A DNA stretch of 64,000 bases, from NCBI GenBank assembly GCA_045660065.1, contig JAZRDC010000030.1:35-64034 (forward strand). Direction: 5' to 3'. Shown here one piece after another: positions 56,728 through 64,000 of the stretch (positions are counted from its first letter, which is position 1; each line of letters starts with the position of its first letter). The translations under genes and the position numbers were made by a program. Under the pieces are notes generated by a model. The model was not told the DNA's origin. It ran no database searches and worked only from the letters and a program-made list of their open reading frames with translations. This DNA is from Clostridia bacterium. GTDB lineage: Bacteria; Bacillota; Clostridia; RGIG6154.

Positions 56728-58440
56728 ATGAAGAAAAAGATTACTATAATTTGTATTGCAGCAGTATTGGTGTTGGCAATTGTATCAGGCGGACTTTTAG
56801 TGGCAGTAAAAACATCCCCTGAATTTAAAAATAAAACAAAACTTTTATTGCAGAAAGTTTTTCCGCAGATTTCCGACGTGTGCTATTATTATGTGGACGG
56901 AAAACCCCAGCACGATATGACAAAGGTTGACCTTAAAAACTGCACATCTGACATAAAGGAAATTCAGAAAAACAGAGAAAAAACTTATGTGATAAATCAC
57001 GCAAGAGGATATGCTTTGGAGTTTGGACCTGATGCTGAGTTTGACTTTACCACAGACGGCGAGTTTTTCACAGCAACCCAAAAAGATATGAAAATTGTTG
57101 TGTCAAAAGAGTATTCGCCATATGAAAGAGAGCAGTTAAAGGAAGAGTTTATTGACAAATCTTTAAACGAATATTTTATAAACAAGCAGTTTGCAGAGCA
57201 TAACAGAATAACAATCCATAAAGACAATATGGAAAAAATCGGCGACTACTGGGTGCAGGTGTCGGCTCTCTCAAGACTGCCTGCTCCGGGAAGTGAAGTT
57301 GAGTTCAATACCTATGTTCAATGCATTATTTACAGAACGGACAGAATTTATTACAGAATTTTATTCAAAGCAAAGGATTATAACGATGAACTTTTAGATC
57401 AGGTTTACAAAACTTTGTATTCATTTACAGACAAGATGTATACCATTGGAACGTCTGGCGTGTTTACAGACTTTAAGCCTGTTGAAAATCCAAACTGGTC
57501 GGAAGAAACAAAAAAACTTTATGATGAAATCAAAAATTCTCCAAAAGTAAAGTGGGGCGTTTATGTTCCCTGGACAGTTATAAATAATGATTTTGAAAAA
57601 TTAAACCAAACAGAACAAAAACTCGGGTTTAACTTTGAGGGCACAATTGAATATTTGTATTTAGGCCAGGAACTGCCGGTTGAGGGTATGAAAACTGCTT
57701 ATAACGACGGCAAAATCATAGAACTTACTTTGCAGACTTCAACAGTTATGAATGAAGACCTTGACAGTTACAACATTATGTTTGATATTATTGATGGCAA
57801 AAAAGATGCAGAAATCAAAACTTTAGCAAAAAGCATAAAAGACTTCGGGCATCCTATTTTGTTCAGACTCAATAACGAAATGAATTCGGACTGGACCACA
57901 TATGGTGGAAATATCACATTAAACGACCCTGAAATTTTTGTTCAGGTGTGGAGAAGATTTTATGATATTTTTGAAGCGGTGGGCGTAAACAACGCAATCT
58001 GGGTGTTTAATCCAAATGACAACAGTTTCCCGCCTTGCAGTTTCAATTCAAGTATCGCCTACTATCCGGGCAACGGATATGTTCATATGTTTGGCATAAC
58101 AGGCTATAACACGGGAACATATTACGCGGAAAAATATATGGAAAGATGGCGTGAATTTGAAGAAATTTACGCAGACATCACCAAATCAAGCGAAAAGATT
58201 TACGGCAAGTTCCCGTGGGTAATCACAGAGTTTGCATCATCAAGCGTAGGCGGAAATAAGGGTGAGTGGATTAACAATATGTTTAATTCCCTTCACAAGT
58301 TCCCAAAGATTAAAATGGCATTCTGGTTCTCAAGTGCAGACTTTGATGCAGATAATAACAATGCGGTTGCCAGACCCTATTGGATTGATGAAAATGAGGA
58401 CAGTATTGACGCCTTTAAAGAAAATTTGAAAAAATACTGA
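56728..58440 (+). CDS. Membrane-anchored GH26-like glycoside hydrolase (mannanase-like fold)
   Basis: N-terminal TM helix. The C-terminal ILFRLNNEMNSDW corresponds to the GH26 acid/base motif with His replaced by Asn. ITEFASS is a nucleophile-like motif. The start was trimmed to the Met with a GGAGA RBS. Confidence 0.55.
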   Translation: MKKKITIICIAAVLVLAIVSGGLLVAVKTSPEFKNKTKLLLQKVFPQISDVCYYYVDGKPQHDMTKVDLKNCTSDIKEIQKNREKTYVINHARGYALEFGPDAEFDFTTDGEFFTATQKDMKIVVSKEYSPYEREQLKEEFIDKSLNEYFINKQFAEHNRITIHKDNMEKIGDYWVQVSALSRLPAPGSEVEFNTYVQCIIYRTDRIYYRILFKAKDYNDELLDQVYKTLYSFTDKMYTIGTSGVFTDFKPVENPNWSEETKKLYDEIKNSPKVKWGVYVPWTVINNDFEKLNQTEQKLGFNFEGTIEYLYLGQELPVEGMKTAYNDGKIIELTLQTSTVMNEDLDSYNIMFDIIDGKKDAEIKTLAKSIKDFGHPILFRLNNEMNSDWTTYGGNITLNDPEIFVQVWRRFYDIFEAVGVNNAIWVFNPNDNSFPPCSFNSSIAYYPGNGYVHMFGITGYNTGTYYAEKYMERWREFEEIYADITKSSEKIYGKFPWVITEFASSSVGGNKGEWINNMFNSLHKFPKIKMAFWFSSADFDADNNNAVARPYWIDENEDSIDAFKENLKKY

Positions 58441-58572
58441 AATAAAAAGCCTTTTTTACGCAAGTTTCAATGATGAAATTTTTGTGAAAAGGCTTTTTTT
58501 CGTTGACTTTATTTTGGTAAAAGAGTATAATTTTATAAAATGTCTATAATATATTGAAAAAAGGAGTGCGCT

Positions 58573-60294
58573 ATGATAAAAGAACTTTTAAAATGCGTTG
58601 GAAAATATAAATTGCCCTCAATTTTAGCACCGCTTTTTATAACAGGCGAGGTTGTTTTAGAGGTTTTAATTCCTCTTTTGATGGCAACTATAATTGATGA
58701 CGGAATTGACAAAGGAAATATGAAAGTTGTGCTTATAACAGGCGGTCTGCTTGTGTTTTTAGCACTTATGTCTTTGCTTTGCGGTGCCCTTTCAGGAAAG
58801 TATGCGGCAATCGCATCAGCAGGCTTTGCAAAAAATATCAGAAAGAAAATGTTCTTTAGAATTCAGGACTATTCTTTTAAAAACATCGATAAATTCTCAA
58901 CTGCAAGTTTAGTTACAAGAATGACAACAGATGTTACAAATATCCAGAACTCTTATCAGATGATTATAAGAATTGCAGTGCGCTCACCAATTATGATGGT
59001 TACATCTTTAGTAATGGCGTTTTCAGTTCACTCAAGACTCTCACTTGTGTTTGTTGCAATTTTGCCGATTTTAGGAATCGGTCTTTATCTTATTATGACA
59101 CACGCACATCCGATTTTTGAAAGAGTTTTTAAGATTTATGATAAACTTAATACTATCGTTCAGGAAAATTTAAGAGGTATCAGAGTAGTTAAGGCGTATG
59201 TAAGAGAAGAACACGAAAAAGAAAAGTTTTTTGAGGCATCAGAAGGTATGTATAAAGGCTTTTCACAGGCAGATATTCTTTTAGCATACAACGCACCTTT
59301 GATGCAGTTTTGCGTGTATAGCGCAATGCTTTTAATATCCTGGTTTGGCGCACACTTAATCGTTGGCGGAACATTCACAACAGGTAAACTTGTAACACTT
59401 ATTTCTTATGTAATGCAAATCCTTCACAGTCTTATGATGCTTTCTATGATTTTCGTTATGATTACAATGTCAAAAGCATCAATGAAGAGAGTTGTTGAGG
59501 TAATAACAGAAGAGCCTGACATTAAAAATCCTGAAAATCCTGTAACAGAAGTAAAATCAGGGGATATTTTGTTTGAAAATGTGTCTTTCGGGTACTCAGC
59601 CAACAAAAACTGCTTAAAAGATATAAATATTTCAATTAAAAGCGGAGAAACTGTTGGAATTTTAGGCGAAACAGGAAGCGGAAAGTCAAGCCTTGTTCAA
59701 CTTATTTCAAGACTTTATGATGTAACTGAGGGTAGTGTGAAAGTTGGTGGGATTGATGTAAGAGATTACGATATCACCGCTCTTCGTGATGCAGTTTCAG
59801 TTGTTTTGCAAAAAAATGTACTTTTCTCGGGAACTATAAAAGAAAATTTGAGATGGGGTAACAAAGAAGCAACCGACGAAGAAATGATAAAAGCGTGCAA
59901 GCTTGCTCAGGCAGACGAGTTTATACAAAGTTTCCCCGATAAATACGACACATTTATAGAACAGGGCGGAAGCAATGTATCAGGCGGACAAAAGCAAAGA
60001 CTTTGTATTGCCCGTGCACTTTTGAAAAATCCTAAAATTCTTATTTTGGACGATTCTACAAGTGCGGTTGATACTAAAACAGATGCAGCGCTCCAGAGAG
60101 CATTTAAAGAAGAAATACCAAACACAACAAAATTAATTATTGCACAGAGAATTTCATCTGTTAAAGATGTAGACAAAATTATTGTAATCAAAGGCGGCAG
60201 TATTTCGGGAATAGGCACACACGATGAACTTATTGAAAGCAACGAAATTTACAAAGAAGTGTACTATTCTCAGGTAAAAGGGGGTAAGGAATAA
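58573..60294 (+). CDS. ABC exporter half-transporter (TMD-NBD), first subunit of a heterodimeric pair
   Basis: Walker A GETGSGKSS, signature VSGGQKQRL, Walker B ILILDDSTSAVD. A TTGACT-17-TATAAT promoter sits upstream. Confidence 0.85.
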   Translation: MIKELLKCVGKYKLPSILAPLFITGEVVLEVLIPLLMATIIDDGIDKGNMKVVLITGGLLVFLALMSLLCGALSGKYAAIASAGFAKNIRKKMFFRIQDYSFKNIDKFSTASLVTRMTTDVTNIQNSYQMIIRIAVRSPIMMVTSLVMAFSVHSRLSLVFVAILPILGIGLYLIMTHAHPIFERVFKIYDKLNTIVQENLRGIRVVKAYVREEHEKEKFFEASEGMYKGFSQADILLAYNAPLMQFCVYSAMLLISWFGAHLIVGGTFTTGKLVTLISYVMQILHSLMMLSMIFVMITMSKASMKRVVEVITEEPDIKNPENPVTEVKSGDILFENVSFGYSANKNCLKDINISIKSGETVGILGETGSGKSSLVQLISRLYDVTEGSVKVGGIDVRDYDITALRDAVSVVLQKNVLFSGTIKENLRWGNKEATDEEMIKACKLAQADEFIQSFPDKYDTFIEQGGSNVSGGQKQRLCIARALLKNPKILILDDSTSAVDTKTDAALQRAFKEEIPNTTKLIIAQRISSVKDVDKIIVIKGGSISGIGTHDELIESNEIYKEVYYSQVKGGKE

Positions 60295-62201
60295 TGGGAC
60301 CAATGCCAAGAGGCCCAAGAGGCAGAATGATGCACGGTAAAAAAGCCAAAAACCCCAAAAAGACTTTAGCAAGACTTTTGAAAATCATTTTAAAAGACAA
60401 CAAGTTCAGATTTGTTGGCGTAATGATAAGTATTGTAATAGGTTCACTTACTGGTGTTGCAGGTTCAATGTTTACAGGCGTTTTGATTGATGATTACATC
60501 ACACCACTTATTGGAATGAAAAACCCTGTGTTCGGTGGACTTTTAAAAGCAATTCTTTGTATGGCGGGGATTTATTTTACAGGACTTTGCGCTGTTTACA
60601 TTCAGAACAGATTTATGGTAAATATCACCCAGGGTACTTTAAAAAGAGTAAGAGACGATTTGTTTTCTCATATGCAGACACTTCCCGTTAAGTATTTTGA
60701 CTCACACACCCACGGCGATATAATGAGCCATTATACAAACGATGCAGACACCCTTCGACAACTTATCGCACAGAGTATTCCGCAGATGTTTTCGTCAATT
60801 ATAACCATTGTTTCAGTTTTCTGCGCAATGGTTTCAAGAAGTATATATCTTACTTTGTTTGTACTTGCCTTTATTTTCCTGATGACCAAAATTGCAGGGA
60901 AAGTCGGGGCAAACAGCGGTAAATATTTTGGTGCACAACAAAAAACATTAGGCGCACTTAATGGTTATATTGAAGAAACTATTCACGGTCAGAAAGTTGT
61001 TAAAGTTTTTTGCCACGAAGATGAGTCAAAGCAGAAAATGGACGAACTTAACGATCTTTTGTGTGAAAATGCCACAAAGGCGAACACATATGCCAATATT
61101 TTGATGCCTATCATGGGAAATTTAGGGCATCTTCAATATGTTTTGATTGCAGTTGTGGGCGGATTTTTTGCCATTTCAGGTGTTGGAGGAGTAACTGTTG
61201 GTGTTATTGCAACATTTTTGCAACTTTCCAAAAACTTCTCAATGACAGTAACTCAGATTTCACAGCAGATAAACTCAGTTGTTATGGCACATCCTGGTGC
61301 GGAAAGAATTTTTGAACTTATGGACGAAAAACCTGAAGCAGATGAAGGCTATGTAACACTTGTAAACGCCAAAGAAGAAAACGGAGTTCTTACAGAAACC
61401 AATGAAAGCACAGGAATGTGGGCATGGAAGCACCCTCATGGCGACGGAAGTGTTACCTACACAAAATTAAAAGGTGATGTAAGAATTTTTGATGTGGACT
61501 TCGGCTACACTGATGAAAAAATCGTACTCCACAATGTTTCGCTTTATGCAGAGCCGGGACAAATGGTGGCGTTTGTTGGCGCAACAGGTGCAGGTAAAAC
61601 CACAATTACAAATCTTATTAACAGATTTTATGATATTGCCGACGGTAAAATAAGATACGACGGCATAAACATCAACAAAATCAAAAAGAGTGATTTAAGA
61701 CGCTCTCTTGGTATAGTTTTACAGGATACAAACCTGTTTACAGGAACTGTTATGGAAAATATCAGATATGGCAAACTTGATGCAACTGACGAAGAAGTGT
61801 ACGCAGCAGCACGCCTTGCCAATGCAGACGGATTCATTCAGATGCTTCCTGATGGCTATAACACACACCTGTCAGGAGACGGTTCAGGACTTTCGCAGGG
61901 TCAGCGACAACTTCTTGCAATCGCAAGAGCGGCGGTTGCAAATGCTCCCGTTATGATTTTGGACGAAGCAACATCAAGCATTGACACAAGAACCGAGTTG
62001 ATCGTTCAGAATGGTATGAACAAACTTATGGACGGCAGAACCGTGTTTGTTATTGCTCACCGCCTGTCAACAGTCCAGAACGCAGATGTGATTATGGTTT
62101 TAGAACAAGGAAGAATTATCGAACGCGGAAATCACGAAGAACTGATTGCCGAAAAAGGAAAGTATTATCAGCTCTACACTGGAGCCTTTGAGCTAGAGTA
62201 G
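60294..62201 (+). CDS. ABC exporter half-transporter (TMD-NBD), second subunit (YheH-like)
   Basis: Walker A GATGAGKTT, signature LSQGQRQLL, Walker B MILDEATSSID. Overlaps the upstream gene. Confidence 0.85.
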   Translation: MGPMPRGPRGRMMHGKKAKNPKKTLARLLKIILKDNKFRFVGVMISIVIGSLTGVAGSMFTGVLIDDYITPLIGMKNPVFGGLLKAILCMAGIYFTGLCAVYIQNRFMVNITQGTLKRVRDDLFSHMQTLPVKYFDSHTHGDIMSHYTNDADTLRQLIAQSIPQMFSSIITIVSVFCAMVSRSIYLTLFVLAFIFLMTKIAGKVGANSGKYFGAQQKTLGALNGYIEETIHGQKVVKVFCHEDESKQKMDELNDLLCENATKANTYANILMPIMGNLGHLQYVLIAVVGGFFAISGVGGVTVGVIATFLQLSKNFSMTVTQISQQINSVVMAHPGAERIFELMDEKPEADEGYVTLVNAKEENGVLTETNESTGMWAWKHPHGDGSVTYTKLKGDVRIFDVDFGYTDEKIVLHNVSLYAEPGQMVAFVGATGAGKTTITNLINRFYDIADGKIRYDGININKIKKSDLRRSLGIVLQDTNLFTGTVMENIRYGKLDATDEEVYAAARLANADGFIQMLPDGYNTHLSGDGSGLSQGQRQLLAIARAAVANAPVMILDEATSSIDTRTELIVQNGMNKLMDGRTVFVIAHRLSTVQNADVIMVLEQGRIIERGNHEELIAEKGKYYQLYTGAFELE

Positions 62202-62304
62202 GGAATGCAGAGCATTCCCTCAATGCGAAATTACCATTTCGCATTGGCTTTGCAAATTTGTCCGCTCGCGCATATTTTGTTGCGGGCAACAAAATATCAA
62301 ATTT

Positions 62305-62335
62305 ATAAGAATAAAAAGTCAGGCACATGTCCTGA
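62305..62335. terminator. Palindromic bidirectional terminator element (copy 2), preceded by two further hairpins
   Basis: aaaAGTCAGG-cacatgt-CCTGACTtttt. This is the reverse-complement equivalent of the element at 21186-21215. Confidence 0.55.
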
Positions 62336-62495
62336 CTTTTTATGATTTAAGCAATTTTGTATGATGAGAGTTTTTGGGGCTTGGTTTGCCCATTCTAAAA
62401 AATTTTTCCGATTCCTTGGATTGTGTAAAATGAATAATGAATAATTGCGGTAAAAAAGCACCCCTATGGGGTGCTTTTGTTTTATAAGGCGGGTT

Positions 62496-63323
62496 TTATG
62501 AACCGTTTTTAATATTGCTAATATATTCAGCAGGCGATATTCCTACCTTCTGCAAAAAGTTTCTGTAAAAGACGGTGTAATCTTTAAATCCTGCGATGCT
62601 GGCCGCTTCTTTTGCAGACCCACCGGCATTCAGTACGGATTGTGCTTTTATAATGCGTCGTTCTTTTACATAATCGCCCAAAGTAAATCCGGTTTCTTTT
62701 TTAAAAAGCTTATATAAGTATTTTTCAGTTACAAAAAATCGTTTTGAAAGTGCTTCGTAATTTATGTCTTCTGCAATGTGATCATCAATATATTTTACTA
62801 TATCGGTTACTTTTTTACTGTTTGAATACAAATGATATGCGTTGGTGTTTACACCGGACTTGTCTATTTTTATCAACATGGAAAAAAGATTGATTAGTGC
62901 ACAAAAATCATCGTATGGTGTGTTCTTTGACAGGGATTGTTCGATTTGTTCAAACAAAAGGTTGAGTTCAAGACTTTTAACATATTTTTCTTCGATTATA
63001 TAAAATCCCTTTTTTCGCAGAGAAACATAAAAATCAAAAGCCGATACATCAAAATTCGTGAAAATCTTTTTGTCAAATAAAATTCGCTTTCGTACATATC
63101 GGCAAGTGGATTTTATAATAGGCTTATGCAACATGCCGTCAGAAATCAATATGATTGTACCATTTTCTACGTTGTATCGTTTTCCGTCAAGTGCAAAGTA
63201 AAGGTTTCCTTCAAGAAAATAATATATTTCAAATTCGTTATAATGAGCGTGTACTTCAAATTCGCTGTTTGGCTGAGCAGAATCAGTAACAGAAGATATA
63301 AATTGTATACTTTTTTTGGGCAT
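62496..63323 (-). CDS. AraC-family transcriptional regulator with an N-terminal cupin sensor domain
   Basis: C-terminal double HTH (LGDYVKERRIIKAQSVL...AGFKDYTVFYRNF), 275 aa. Confidence 0.8.
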   Translation of the reverse strand: MPKKSIQFISSVTDSAQPNSEFEVHAHYNEFEIYYFLEGNLYFALDGKRYNVENGTIILISDGMLHKPIIKSTCRYVRKRILFDKKIFTNFDVSAFDFYVSLRKKGFYIIEEKYVKSLELNLLFEQIEQSLSKNTPYDDFCALINLFSMLIKIDKSGVNTNAYHLYSNSKKVTDIVKYIDDHIAEDINYEALSKRFFVTEKYLYKLFKKETGFTLGDYVKERRIIKAQSVLNAGGSAKEAASIAGFKDYTVFYRNFLQKVGISPAEYISNIKNGS

Positions 63324-63447
63324 TTCTACATCTCCTTGGGGTGGAAAATTGCAATATTATTGGCATATACAGTAATTGATATTGCAAATGAATTGTGTTA
63401 GTATAATATCATAAATTAATTAATCAGTCAACAAGGAGTGTATTGAA

Positions 63448-64000
63448 ATGTATAAAACTGAACCACATTTGCACACAGCGGAAATCAGCTCGTGCGCTAA
63501 TATCAGGGCATCGGAAATGGTAAGGCTTCATTACGAGGCAGGCTTTAATACCATATTTATAACCGATCACCTCAGCTGGAGTTTTTGCGATTCTTTGGGA
63601 GATATTCCATGGCATGAAAAAACAGCTGTTTTTTTGTCAGGATATTACAAAGCAAAAGTGGCGGCTGAAAAATACGATATAACGGTGTTGATGGCAGCTG
63701 AAGTAACTTTCAGGAACAAACCGAACGACTATCTCGTTTATGGAATAACAAAAGAATTCTTAGATGCTTATCCTGATTTGTGTGAAATGGGGATTGATGA
63801 GTTTTATAAAATCGCACAAAAACATAATATTTTTGTGGTTCAGGCTCACCCTAACAGAGATGGTCATTGTTTCCCCACACCCAAAAGCGTTGACGGATTT
63901 GAAATATATAACCCAAATCCAAGACACGACGATGCCAGTGAAAAAACCGAGCAATGTGCTGATGAATACGGACTGTTTAAAACTGCAGGTTCTGATTCGC
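63448..64000 (+). CDS. PHP (polymerase/histidinol-phosphatase) domain protein. Partial: runs off the window end.
   Basis: MYKTEPHLHTAEISSCANI...AHPNRDG carries PHP metal-binding His motifs, with an AAGGAG RBS. Confidence 0.65.
   Translation, partial: MYKTEPHLHTAEISSCANIRASEMVRLHYEAGFNTIFITDHLSWSFCDSLGDIPWHEKTAVFLSGYYKAKVAAEKYDITVLMAAEVTFRNKPNDYLVYGITKEFLDAYPDLCEMGIDEFYKIAQKHNIFVVQAHPNRDGHCFPTPKSVDGFEIYNPNPRHDDASEKTEQCADEYGLFKTAGSDS

Noticed and set aside
1-64000. Prophage, IS element, integrase or tRNA-linked island
   Set aside because: No transposase, integrase or recombinase ORFs, no terminal inverted repeats and no tRNA genes were found in any frame.

Overview
This 64-kb window is a low-GC Firmicutes (Clostridia-like) chromosomal segment with dense, mostly syntenic coding. 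From start to end it contains the following.

- (1) 1-9.9 kb, minus strand: the division/cell-wall (dcw) cluster mraZ-rsmH-ftsL-class B PBP-murE-murF-mraY-ftsW/spoVE-murA. murA is truncated at the window edge.
- (2) 10.2-20.4 kb, plus strand: a complete glycogen operon glgB-glgC-glgD-glgA-glgP, then a GH13 alpha-glucosidase/neopullulanase-like gene.
- (3) 20.4-21.2 kb: an FMN riboswitch controlling an ECF-type riboflavin transporter S component (ribU).
- (4) 21.3-26.7 kb: a sugar-phosphate isomerase plus LacI regulator, a hemolysin-III channel protein, an FHA+VanZ pair, and a LysM-M23 peptidase.
- (5) 26.8-31.4 kb: a compact operon that looks like a previously undescribed RiPP-type peptide maturation system. 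It starts with a promoter carrying a palindromic operator, followed by a stand-alone PqqD-family RRE. The RRE gene overlaps an ER/SipW-type (S26B) signal-peptidase-like gene, which in turn overlaps a fused ABC exporter gene. A secreted Ala/Thr-rich protein follows. Next is an unannotated 54-aa precursor-like peptide whose N-terminus matches the Firmicutes lasso-leader motif (MK.Y.KP.LEV) and which ends in Ser. Last is an HPr-kinase-like Ser kinase. No lasso cyclase, B2 protease or radical-SAM enzyme is present.
- (6) 31.4-46.3 kb: a cell-surface island with three SLH-domain proteins, an orphan Wzz/CpsC-like protein and a giant 3661-aa SLH-anchored protein. The giant protein has about 10 tandem ~148-aa modules (three nearly identical at the DNA level), a poly-Gly linker and a long acidic helical C-terminal half with ~40-aa GIDExSEYW repeats.
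- (7) 46.5-48.7 kb: secD-secF.
- (8) 48.8-49.4 kb: a ~600-nt GC-rich structured noncoding RNA in the canonical OLE RNA neighbourhood (OLE-oapA-dxs-tlyA-nadK-argR-recN).
- (9) 55.6-64 kb: an RseC-like protein, a membrane protein, a membrane-anchored GH26-like hydrolase, a heterodimeric ABC exporter pair, an AraC regulator and a partial PHP-domain gene.

No tRNA, rRNA, CRISPR or obvious mobile elements were seen.
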